From an uncultured virus (IMG/VR IMGVR_UViG_3300044639_001309) (taxonomy: Duplodnaviria; Heunggongvirae; Uroviricota; Caudoviricetes): a stretch of DNA of 58,346 nt. Within the stretch, counting starts at the first letter, position 1; each line of letters opens with the position of its first letter. Location of the stretch: the IMG/VR virus record IMGVR_UViG_3300044639_001309, positions 62,001 through 120,346 of that record. One strand, written 5' to 3'. Positions 1 to 8,015 of the stretch are shown piece by piece. Position numbers and translations under genes: made by a program. The notes under the pieces were generated by a model. The model was not told the origin of the DNA. It saw only the letters and a program-made list of their open reading frames with translations, and made no database searches.

Positions 1-1093
1 GATCAACAGTAATAGTAGGTTTCCATTTCATCCAAAAGTCTGAACGTTTGCACTCGTAAGGTGCATCCATGTTCTTGATCATGATGCCTTCATAACCTTC
101 TTGTACTGAAGCTTCGGCAAACCTGCGCATGACATCATGTCCTTCTGCTGTGTCCAAGTCCACATCCATACCGGGCATGATTTGCACACACCCATTTTCT
201 GGTAACATTGCTTGAGCACGTTTTAAGAGATCAATTCGCTTGTGCTGTTGCAAATTACAAAAGCCTTCACGGAACTCTGTCAACGGCAAGATGTCAAACA
301 CATGATACACCATGTTGTCTGTTTTAGCATTGCTCTTGCGTTGTGCTTGCTTCATCAAGTCCTGGAAATTCTTGCCCACAATCTCGCCATCCAACACAAA
401 CTGTCCACCAAAGGCAGAATCACGCTGGAATGCTTTGCGATGTTCTTCGATAAAGTCTGCAATCTGTGGGAAGTTCTCAAACTCTTTGCCATTACGGCTG
501 TACAATGTACAAGCAGATCCATTCACAACTGCCAACACACGCACACCATCCAGCTTGACTTCCAGGCGTTTGATACCTTTTAACTTTTTGGGCTGGTCTG
601 TAGAATCCTGGGCCAGTTGGCAACTGAAGATTGGTATCTTCCATTCAGTCTTGCCCAGTACTTTGTTTAGAGTTTTCTCTGAGATACCGCATCTCAAGTC
701 CTTGATCAACACCCGTCGAGCCAAGTTATTCCACTCGTCTGAGTCAAACATTTGACTGCAAGTTTCGATTGCTTCTCTTGCACGATTACCGGTGACGCTT
801 CTGGTACGTAGACTTTCTAACAAGGCCCAAAATGTAGTCCAGGGGTTAGGCATACCAGTCAGCCCGTTGGTCTCGGGTACCTGACGGATGTTAAAAGTGT
901 AGAAAGGATTATAGGCCTGGTAGCAATTAAAGAGGAAACATTGTGCATCGGCACTACCAAGTCTTGCCGCCATTAGTGCTTTTTCAATAGTTTTTTCTTT
1001 GTGTATGCGACTGTCCGAACTTTCCAGATCACGTATCCAGCCTGCGGCCATTGTGTTGTCAAACCTTTCGTCGCTAAAATTAATATCTTGCAT
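1..1093 (-). CDS. lig: ATP-dependent DNA ligase (3' end beyond window; alternative start at 1051)
   Basis: Not in the ORF track. Manual translation gives EVKLDGVR (motif I KxDG), YSRNGK, VLDGEI, YHVFD, GYEGIMIK and PYECKRS..WMKWK. Confidence 0.93.
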   Translation of the reverse strand, partial: MQDINFSDERFDNTMAAGWIRDLESSDSRIHKEKTIEKALMAARLGSADAQCFLFNCYQAYNPFYTFNIRQVPETNGLTGMPNPWTTFWALLESLRTRSVTGNRAREAIETCSQMFDSDEWNNLARRVLIKDLRCGISEKTLNKVLGKTEWKIPIFSCQLAQDSTDQPKKLKGIKRLEVKLDGVRVLAVVNGSACTLYSRNGKEFENFPQIADFIEEHRKAFQRDSAFGGQFVLDGEIVGKNFQDLMKQAQRKSNAKTDNMVYHVFDILPLTEFREGFCNLQQHKRIDLLKRAQAMLPENGCVQIMPGMDVDLDTAEGHDVMRRFAEASVQEGYEGIMIKNMDAPYECKRSDFWMKWKPTITVD

Positions 1094-1098
1094 AGTAT

Positions 1099-1593
1099 TT
1101 AACTTCCTGTAGAAAGAATAAGTGTACGTGGATCATCTTTGGCAATTTTAAAACCTTCAATGAACATGTGATGTTCATCACCGCTGTCACGGATACAGGC
1201 ATTGGCCGCAACATACAATGCCGACCAAGTTAGTCCATTGATCTCAGAACTCACTGTGTCGTCGCCCCAATGGTCTTTGTATAACACACGATCCACACCT
1301 TCAAAGGGATGACGATCGCCAAGATTGTTTGCGTCGTAGACACTCCAGACAGCTGACAATCCTAGTTGATTTTGAACATCACTATAATGCTCTTGTTTAA
1401 GTTCAAACGACTTGCTGTCTTGTTCGTATGCACTGGTAAGACCTTTGCGAATGTCTGTTGCGGCACGGGCCAGCTTGATGTACAGTTCAGGTTTGAGTAC
1501 TTCTTCAAGCTGTGTTCTGACCTGATCCAACTCCCACAAGGCGTTATGTATAGTCTTGAATTCTTCAGCAGTGAGTGTAGGGCTACAGTTCAT
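1099..1593 (-). CDS. hypothetical phage protein
   Basis: 164-aa ORF, co-oriented, AAGGA RBS upstream. Confidence 0.75.
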   Translation of the reverse strand: MNCSPTLTAEEFKTIHNALWELDQVRTQLEEVLKPELYIKLARAATDIRKGLTSAYEQDSKSFELKQEHYSDVQNQLGLSAVWSVYDANNLGDRHPFEGVDRVLYKDHWGDDTVSSEINGLTWSALYVAANACIRDSGDEHHMFIEGFKIAKDDPRTLILSTGS

Positions 1594-1599
1594 TATAAA

Positions 1600-1752
1600 T
1601 TATTCCTTAACAAACGACACACCTGATGCCATTATCATTAGACCAAATGATGCTGTCAATGCGGCATAAAATAAATCAAGATCTGTTTGACTGTGCTCAA
1701 TGCCACCAACTGCACCAAAGGCAATCAATAACCCAATCATAATTCTAATCAT
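1600..1752 (-). CDS. small two-helix membrane protein (50 aa)
   Basis: Manual translation MIRIMIGLLIAFGAVGGIEHSQTDLDLFYAALTASFGLMIMASGVSFVKE; TAATG coupling with the upstream gene; fills the gap. Confidence 0.75.
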   Translation of the reverse strand: MIRIMIGLLIAFGAVGGIEHSQTDLDLFYAALTASFGLMIMASGVSFVKE

Positions 1753-2228
1753 TATGCTGTTTCCTTTACAGTTTCCAAGGCTTCTGATAACAACACCAGT
1801 TTCTTGTAAAACTTTGTATCACTCTCGTAAGTGTTACCCACATACCAGACCCCATCTTGCATAATGTAATACCATTCTGCACAGCATCCGTCGGCACGTT
1901 CAAAGAACTTGGCAAAGGTTAAATCCACTGCAAAGTCGAAGCCTTCTTCTCCGCGGTCACGACCGTAGAACGTGCATGAATCTCCGTGGTCCAACTTGTA
2001 TTGCTCACGTTCCGCTGGCGTGAGGTCAAAGTGACTGAAGGCATGTTTTTCGCCGATGTTCTGGCGGAGGCTACTGAGGTCCCCAAGGGCCACAAGGTGG
2101 TTTGCTTTTGCTGAGTCATAGTGTTCCTGTAGAATAAGACCATTGTGTTCGAGATAGCCATCCCAGTGACAGTAAACTGATTTACATTTATCACCATGCA
2201 TAACTGCAATGCGACTACGAGTACCCAT
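1752..2228 (-). CDS. conserved phage hypothetical early protein (MGTRSRI..YCHWDGY family)
   Basis: YCHWDGY motif; own sigma70 promoter; AGGAGCTTGAT RBS. Confidence 0.85.
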   Translation of the reverse strand: MGTRSRIAVMHGDKCKSVYCHWDGYLEHNGLILQEHYDSAKANHLVALGDLSSLRQNIGEKHAFSHFDLTPAEREQYKLDHGDSCTFYGRDRGEEGFDFAVDLTFAKFFERADGCCAEWYYIMQDGVWYVGNTYESDTKFYKKLVLLSEALETVKETA

Positions 2229-2259
2229 ATCAAGCTCCTTTGTGTTTCAGTATATGTAT

Positions 2260-2288
2260 ATTATAGCAAATTGGGAATTATCGGTCAA
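2260..2288 (-). promoter_or_regulatory. early sigma70 promoter TTGACC-N17-TATAAT, extended -10
   Basis: Minus strand TTGACC GATAATTCCCAATTTGC TATAAT. Confidence 0.9.
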
Positions 2289-2707
2289 CCTAAAGGAATG
2301 ACCCTGGGATTGTTGGCCAGTACCTTTTTGGCACTTGCAAGGAATTTGGTATCACGTTTAAAATCTGCAAGACGGCTTTCGGGATAAAACTTGACAGTGA
2401 GTTGATCAATATTAAAGTGAGCTTTCTTAATCTGATCTGCTACCTTGTTATACGGCTGTGTCTCTAGCTCTTTGATTAGGGACTGTTCTTTGGCCACAGC
2501 CTTTTCAAATTTAGTTTTGTCTTTGTGATAGGTTGCAATGTAGTCTGTCCTAAGTTTAACATTAGTATGACACATGTCAATTCCCCATTGTAAATGATGT
2601 TGGGCTTCTGCTAGATTCTTGTACTGCCTGGGCGTCTTACGCTCAGTCCAGCCCATGTCATTGACCTGCAAGTAGGTACCATTGTCTAATAGGATAGTGT
2701 GTTTCAT
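2285..2707 (-). CDS. hypothetical early protein
   Basis: 140-aa ORF with promoter and AAGGAAG RBS; its TGA stop lies inside the next -35 box. Confidence 0.8.
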   Translation of the reverse strand: MKHTILLDNGTYLQVNDMGWTERKTPRQYKNLAEAQHHLQWGIDMCHTNVKLRTDYIATYHKDKTKFEKAVAKEQSLIKELETQPYNKVADQIKKAHFNIDQLTVKFYPESRLADFKRDTKFLASAKKVLANNPRVIPLG

Positions 2708-2740
2708 TTTGGTAGCTTCCTTTTTAATTGCAATACAAGT

Positions 2741-2769
2741 ATTATAACAAAACGGGAATTATCGGTCAA
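2741..2769 (-). promoter_or_regulatory. early sigma70 promoter TTGACC-N17-TATAAT
   Basis: TTGACC GATAATTCCCGTTTTGT TATAAT. Confidence 0.9.
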
Positions 2770-3050
2770 CCAGGGTACTTGGGGTACTTGGGACGTTTGG
2801 GGCAGAAGGGACAGTCAGCATCCTTGCATGTGCCTTCCAACCACTTGTTGCAAGGGTCACAATAATTGCTGTCAAATTCAAAATTATAACTGCGAAAAGT
2901 GCCACAATGGAAACATCCAATATCCTCCTTGGGGTCAAACTGTAGTCGTACCTTGGGATTGGCATTACGACGGCTGAGATTTGGATTGCGGTCATGCGCC
3001 TCCGCTTTCATTGTTGTGAGATACCCTCTACTATTTTCCCAACCATTCAT
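2766..3050 (-). CDS. small Cys-rich (putative Zn-binding) protein, 94 aa
   Basis: CFHC, CDPC, C and CPFC motifs; start chosen at the ATG just after the upstream stop. Confidence 0.65.
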   Translation of the reverse strand: MNGWENSRGYLTTMKAEAHDRNPNLSRRNANPKVRLQFDPKEDIGCFHCGTFRSYNFEFDSNYCDPCNKWLEGTCKDADCPFCPKRPKYPKYPG

Positions 3051-3054
3051 AATC

Positions 3055-3315
3055 TTACTCCGAAAACTCGTAAAACTTAACGCTGGCATCCAATTTCTGC
3101 AATTCACGTGCCGCGGCAGACAATTGACGATAGCGGGCTTGGACCTGGCTACGGGGCAGTTCGCCATCGCAGGTCAAGTTCTCTGGACTTAAATCTGCAT
3201 CCAAACTGTCAGCAACTTGCTGACGACCGGCGGCTGTGGTGATTTCATATTGACGACCATTAAAAATCGCATTCCATTTGTTTTTTTGGTCAATGTATGC
3301 TTGAAGTGCTTTCAT
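3055..3315 (-). CDS. hypothetical early protein (LSPENLTCDGE family)
   Basis: 86 aa; promoter plus AGGAGTTAGAG RBS. Confidence 0.85.
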   Translation of the reverse strand: MKALQAYIDQKNKWNAIFNGRQYEITTAAGRQQVADSLDADLSPENLTCDGELPRSQVQARYRQLSAAARELQKLDASVKFYEFSE

Positions 3316-3345
3316 CTCTAACTCCTTTTTAATTACTATACAAGT

Positions 3346-3374
3346 ATTATAGCAAAAGAGAAATTATCGGTCAA
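3346..3374 (-). promoter_or_regulatory. early sigma70 promoter TTGACC-N17-TATAAT
   Basis: TTGACC GATAATTTCTCTTTTGC TATAAT. Confidence 0.9.
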
Positions 3375-3382
3375 CCAAAAGA

Positions 3383-3409
3383 AAAAACCCTAGAATTACT
3401 AGGGTTTTT
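3383..3409. terminator. intrinsic terminator, potentially bidirectional
   Basis: aaaaaccctag-aatta-ctagggttttt hairpin with A/T tracts on both sides. Confidence 0.85.
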
Positions 3410-3429
3410 GTTGTAAAAAAGCCACAATT

Positions 3430-3630
3430 TTAGGTTGACAAGCAACGAAATAATTGGGAATTTAGATCGTCGATTTCTTCGCGGGGAACATAGAAATCTG
3501 TAGTACTATCGTAGTACTCACCGGCTTTGGGGTCATAGTACAATACCCTGCCATTGACATAATGAAACGGACCTTCTAACCCTTTGCGGGGCAAAAAGCG
3601 ATCATCCTTTTGAAACTTTACCCAGGCCAT
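3430..3630 (-). CDS. small hypothetical protein (GLEGPF..YYDPKAGEYYD family)
   Basis: Start at ATG 3630 with AAGGAG RBS. Confidence 0.75.
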   Translation of the reverse strand: MAWVKFQKDDRFLPRKGLEGPFHYVNGRVLYYDPKAGEYYDSTTDFYVPREEIDDLNSQLFRCLST

Positions 3631-3835
3631 TTCGGAACTCCTTGTCAACATAAAATTGGATTAGTTCTCGTTGAATTTGTGTGATTAAATCACCATGGTC
3701 TTCGTTGACAACAAAGCGAACAGGACAGTCGCCCCATTTGGCTGTGCGATTGAACTCGGCAAACCATTGTCGATGTTCTTTGTTGTAGGGGTTAAAAACA
3801 ACCCAGGGACGACCGTGCAATGCTAGTCTGCTCAT
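3602..3835 (-). CDS. small hypothetical early protein
   Basis: 77 aa; GGAG RBS; consensus promoter upstream. Confidence 0.75.
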   Translation of the reverse strand: MSRLALHGRPWVVFNPYNKEHRQWFAEFNRTAKWGDCPVRFVVNEDHGDLITQIQRELIQFYVDKEFRNGLGKVSKG

Positions 3836-3874
3836 TTAATAGGCTCCATGTTCTAAAGTTTTAAACATAACGCA

Positions 3875-3903
3875 ATTATAAAATAATTCCAATTTTGTGT
3901 CAA
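3875..3903 (-). promoter_or_regulatory. sigma70 promoter TTGACA-N17-TATAAT (perfect consensus)
   Basis: Plus strand attata at 3875-3880 and tgtcaa at 3898-3903. Confidence 0.88.
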
Positions 3904-3922
3904 CCTCTAAGTTAGTAACCGC

Positions 3923-5800
3923 TTACAATTGGGTATCTGTGGGGACACCGACAGCACCTAAAGCGGCGATATTTCTAGCTTCACGCATGGATGCAATAAT
4001 TGCCTGTCCTGTTTGGTTGCTGACATCAGCCACGCTGTTGATATAGTCTGCGGCCTGACCGGGCTCTACATCCTTGCCATAAGAGGCCAGACTTGATGCA
4101 AACGACAGTACAGAAGATGTTGCGTTTGGCTGTAGGTTAGCAAAGTCAATCTGTGCTTTGGCTTGATTGGTTTTTTCTCTTTCCAGCTGAGCTGCCATAT
4201 TACCAAATGCTGATGTTGTTATGGCAACATTGGTAGAATTTGTTGTGGCAATGTTTGAAATATCGCTGGCCGCAATTGGGATTAGTACATCAAAAACACT
4301 AGCATACAAACTTGGAGCAGAGTTTGCTGGCCCATACGTTCCTGCACCAGGCTGTGGTGCTGGTATTATAATTTCTCCCAGTTCCGCCGGAGGTGGCGAC
4401 GGATTTGGATTAGATTGATTGTAGGCGCCGTTTAACACATAATTCATCACAGTAAACACGCCAAGTTTGACAGCACTATTTGGATTTCCGTCGTCAAATG
4501 TCAGAGTATAAAATGCATTTGCCGTTGCAAGGTTTGACATGGTTGCTGTCACAATTGGCAATTCTATATTTTGTACTGCTCCGGCAGCTGTGCCAATCAC
4601 ATCATTTAATACAAGAGTATTCCCTGGACCTGTTCCTGATCCCAGTTGTGATTGTAATGTAGAACCAACTGAAGCCGGCACTGGAGTTGTTAAAGCATTT
4701 ATATCTCCAAGACCTGTGTTGGTTTCTAGACTGGTAACTGCTTTGCTCATTGATACCAGCGTGGAATTAAAAATCCCTTTAATCTGCATCAGCGATGCTA
4801 CCAGTGCTTTGTTGGCCAATGCCTGGTCCTGCGGAATAATTTTTTGTAACGTGTTATAAAGATCAATGTATGTCTGTGGCAGTAGTGTTGCCAACTGTTG
4901 ATTAACGCTGCCTGACTGGTCTACATAAATTTTTTGTAATCCGTTGGCAGTAGGTGCAGTAAATCCGCCAAAGCTGGTAGGAAAAATTTTGACAGGATTT
5001 AGTAAATCAGCCATTGTTGAAATATTACTTGTGGTAACTTTCATAATAGCGTTGACCTGTGATAGTGCATCACCTGTGATTTTTGTCATGCCTTCGTACA
5101 AGGCTTTGTTTACATTTTCAGCGAACTCGACTTTGGCTATACTGTTTAATTGACTGTCAGTGGCACCGGCAGCAATGGCCATGGCACGGATAGCAGGTGT
5201 TAGTCCTGCTACGTTTACAAACTGTTTTAGCAATGCGGCAGGACTTCCAAGACTATTAAGGTCTTTAAGATTGATCAGGCTGCCAAGCTTTTGCAGATCT
5301 TCACCAAACTTTTGCAAATTTGAATTAACACTGGAAAATCCACCAGTGGTCAGATCATCCATGTTGGTAAAAGTGGTTGCAAGTGTTTTGGATTTTTCGT
5401 TGGCTTTTAAGAATTGGTTAGCCTGTGAAATATACCCCTGTGACTGAGAAAAAATTTGTGTGAACTTGCTGACATCACTGTTACCCGTTTCTGTATTGGC
5501 AATCATTGTGATATAGCCAGTGAACCCAGTGGTATAGGTATTGCCTAATGCATTGGCCGCAGATGATGGAATAGCATTGGTAACAGCAGGAAAGTTTGAT
5601 GCTCCCAGCGTCTGAAGATCTGCTATTGTGGCATTGCCAATATTGCCAGCAATGGCATTGGCCACCACACCCATAAACTGCTTAACAACAGCAACGTTGT
5701 TGTAATTGGTAATATTCAAAGTTAGATTGCCACTGACAGTGATGCCTTGATTTTCTGTAAGGCCTGCGCTGGCAATCAATTGAGTAGGACTTAGACCCAT
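3923..5800 (-). CDS. putative virion structural protein (baseplate/tail-associated)
   Basis: 625 aa, Ala/Asn/Ser/Thr-rich, directly downstream of PAAR; function inferred from context. Confidence 0.65.
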   Translation of the reverse strand: MGLSPTQLIASAGLTENQGITVSGNLTLNITNYNNVAVVKQFMGVVANAIAGNIGNATIADLQTLGASNFPAVTNAIPSSAANALGNTYTTGFTGYITMIANTETGNSDVSKFTQIFSQSQGYISQANQFLKANEKSKTLATTFTNMDDLTTGGFSSVNSNLQKFGEDLQKLGSLINLKDLNSLGSPAALLKQFVNVAGLTPAIRAMAIAAGATDSQLNSIAKVEFAENVNKALYEGMTKITGDALSQVNAIMKVTTSNISTMADLLNPVKIFPTSFGGFTAPTANGLQKIYVDQSGSVNQQLATLLPQTYIDLYNTLQKIIPQDQALANKALVASLMQIKGIFNSTLVSMSKAVTSLETNTGLGDINALTTPVPASVGSTLQSQLGSGTGPGNTLVLNDVIGTAAGAVQNIELPIVTATMSNLATANAFYTLTFDDGNPNSAVKLGVFTVMNYVLNGAYNQSNPNPSPPPAELGEIIIPAPQPGAGTYGPANSAPSLYASVFDVLIPIAASDISNIATTNSTNVAITTSAFGNMAAQLEREKTNQAKAQIDFANLQPNATSSVLSFASSLASYGKDVEPGQAADYINSVADVSNQTGQAIIASMREARNIAALGAVGVPTDTQL

Positions 5801-5803
5801 TTT

Positions 5804-6094
5804 TTATCCTGCAAATACATCGCCGGATCCCTGACTAATTTGTGTGCATTCTGGACCAAGGGCGTCGCCAACTCTGGCAATGGGTTTACCGTTCACAAAC
5901 ACAGATCCTGACCCACCGGTGACTTTTGATTCGTGGATGGGGCATCTGCCCTTTTTAAGTTTGTGTGGGTCTGTGCTGTCTCCTTGGCGCACAACGCCAA
6001 CGCCGTTTACTTTTACATCTCCACTGCCTGATATTAAAGTAGGCGGGCTACAATCAACCACACATTTATCACCGATTCTTGCTACTGCTGGCAC
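5804..6094 (-). CDS. PAAR-repeat spike tip protein (T4 gp5.4-like)
   Basis: PAVARIGD, VVRQGD and PIARVGD repeats; GTG start with GGAGAG RBS. Confidence 0.9.
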   Translation of the reverse strand: MPAVARIGDKCVVDCSPPTLISGSGDVKVNGVGVVRQGDSTDPHKLKKGRCPIHESKVTGGSGSVFVNGKPIARVGDALGPECTQISQGSGDVFAG

Positions 6095-6284
6095 GTTCTC
6101 TCTCCATAAGATCTTTAAATCTACTTTTCCAAAGATCAATTTCATCGTGATCTTTGTCATTGTGTGGTGGCGGAGGAATCTCCGGGTCAAACTCAATAAC
6201 GTGATCAAGAATTTCGGGAATGTCTTCGTATCTAAGATAGGTATCGACTTTCCCGTTAACCATGATTTTAAAGCAATGAGGCAT
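6069..6284 (-). CDS. small hypothetical protein found beside PAAR in T4-like phages
   Basis: HVIEFDPEIPPPPH motif; coupled to neighbours. Confidence 0.7.
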   Translation of the reverse strand: MPHCFKIMVNGKVDTYLRYEDIPEILDHVIEFDPEIPPPPHNDKDHDEIDLWKSRFKDLMERERASSSKNR

Positions 6285-6583
6285 TAGCCTGTGATAATTT
6301 GCTTGCTAATTGGCGCAATTCCAGTAGTAGCCTGAATGTAACTGTTACGAACATCCTCACGAGCTTCGGCAATCATTGCCCAACTAGAATTATTTAGTCG
6401 CATATCTTTGTCCTTGTTTGCACTAAACAAAGTTGGCATCATTTGTAAACCTTGTGGGCTTAGTACGCAACTAATTGGTTCTTTGATAATCATGTAATCA
6501 GCATGAATTTCAAGTATTTTTGCAACTAGTTCTTCTCCGGTGATAAGTTTGAATGTATAAGTTTCGTTAATTTCTGGTTTCAT
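6284..6583 (-). CDS. Sm-like fold protein (putative)
   Basis: TFKLITGEELVAKI...IKEP pattern resembling an Sm1 motif. Confidence 0.55.
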   Translation of the reverse strand: MKPEINETYTFKLITGEELVAKILEIHADYMIIKEPISCVLSPQGLQMMPTLFSANKDKDMRLNNSSWAMIAEAREDVRNSYIQATTGIAPISKQIITG

Positions 6584-6849
6584 AATGTTCCTAGGTTATT
6601 AGTAATACCCAAACGTGTTTTAATTTCGTCTGCGTTAAGCTTACTTAAACCTTGAAAGCCACCATCAACAAATAATTTGTCACCATTATAAATTTGCGGA
6701 ACTGTGCGGTGTCCTTCACTGACAATGAACTCACGAGCACTGGTGTCTTGGTCAATTTTAACTTCATCAAATGGAATTTCCCATTTTGTTAATAGTGCTT
6801 TTGCTTGATCGCAAAACGGGCAATGATTTTTTGAATATACTGTTATCAT
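6580..6849 (-). CDS. grx: glutaredoxin
   Basis: CPFC active site, TVPQI, GGF; follows nrdB. Confidence 0.95.
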   Translation of the reverse strand: MITVYSKNHCPFCDQAKALLTKWEIPFDEVKIDQDTSAREFIVSEGHRTVPQIYNGDKLFVDGGFQGLSKLNADEIKTRLGITNNLGTL

Positions 6850-6875
6850 TATTGTTTTCCTTATTAAAACTGATT

Positions 6876-8003
6876 TTATAAACTCAATCCTGTAAATGTG
6901 TTTGAGTCAACATCTTGTCTTGTGCCACCAACAATATAACTAGAAATTTCTGTTTCCTGAGGTGCCACTTGTACGTCGGCGCCGGCAATCCATTTGGCAG
7001 TCCAAGGCAACGGATTACTTCCTGTTTTTATTCCACAGTCTAATCCTATTGCAGTCATACGTTTACAGGTCAACCAGTCCACATAATCAGACAACAGTTT
7101 TTCATTGAGTCCGATCATTGACCCATCTTTAAACAAATAACGAGCCCAGGATTTTTCTTGTGCGGCAGCGGCCAAAAACATTTTTTCACATTCAACTTTG
7201 GTTTCTTCTCTAATACGAGCAAAGTCAGGATCATCTTTAGGTAGGATTTTAATTAATGTTTGTGTAGATGCCAGGTGCAGATTTTCGTCGCGGGCAATTA
7301 ATTTAATAATCTTGGCATTGCCTTCCATTTTCTTGAGTTCTGCAAATGCCCAACTACAAGCAAAACTAACATAAAAACGAATGCCTTCCAATGCATTGAC
7401 GCTATTAATAGCCAACCATAGTTTTTTCTTAAGTTCATATTCATTCACCACAATATCTTTGCCATTGACAACGTGATTTCCTGCACCTAAATATTGATAC
7501 GCAGTACTTGCTTCAATGCAGTCATCATAGTACTTGCTAATATCCTTGGCGCATTCTATGATTTCGTCGACGTTGGTTAAGTCATCAAATACTGTACTCG
7601 GATCCGAAAACACATTTCGAATAATATGAGTGTAGCTACGACTGTGAATGGTTTCGCTGAATGCCCAGGTCTCGATCCAAGTTTCTAATTCTGGAATTGA
7701 TACCAATGGTAAAAAAGCAAGATTAGGACTACGGCCTTGCACACTATCTAATAAGATCTGTCGTTTTAAATTACTAGTAAAAATATGTTGTTCAAAATCA
7801 GTCAAGTCTTTAAAGTCTTTGGCATCTCGTAATACATCAACTTCTTCGGGTCTCCAAAAGAAACCCAATTGTTTGTCAGTTAACTTGTCAAATTGTTTGT
7901 ACTTTAGTGTTTCGTATCGTTGTACATTAACCGGTCCAGTAGGGTCCAGAAAAGCTAATTTTTCCGTGTGATGTTTTGTTGTTATTGGATTGAATACTGA
8001 CAT
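6876..8003 (-). CDS. nrdB: ribonucleotide reductase class Ia beta subunit
   Basis: [48 protein letters not shown]. Confidence 0.98.
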   Translation of the reverse strand: MSVFNPITTKHHTEKLAFLDPTGPVNVQRYETLKYKQFDKLTDKQLGFFWRPEEVDVLRDAKDFKDLTDFEQHIFTSNLKRQILLDSVQGRSPNLAFLPLVSIPELETWIETWAFSETIHSRSYTHIIRNVFSDPSTVFDDLTNVDEIIECAKDISKYYDDCIEASTAYQYLGAGNHVVNGKDIVVNEYELKKKLWLAINSVNALEGIRFYVSFACSWAFAELKKMEGNAKIIKLIARDENLHLASTQTLIKILPKDDPDFARIREETKVECEKMFLAAAAQEKSWARYLFKDGSMIGLNEKLLSDYVDWLTCKRMTAIGLDCGIKTGSNPLPWTAKWIAGADVQVAPQETEISSYIVGGTRQDVDSNTFTGLSL

Positions 8004-8015
8004 GTTATTTCTCTT

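Noticed and set aside
242..755. Plus-strand ORFs of 113 and 147 aa
   Set aside because: They are antisense shadows of the DNA ligase, which has all its catalytic motifs on the minus strand.
2250..3376. Repeats as a CRISPR array or att sites
   Set aside because: The spacing is gene-sized, the repeats are consensus promoters, and there are no cas or integrase genes.
5804..6094. PAAR as evidence of a type VI secretion system
   Set aside because: The context is a T4-like phage tail and no T6SS core genes are present.
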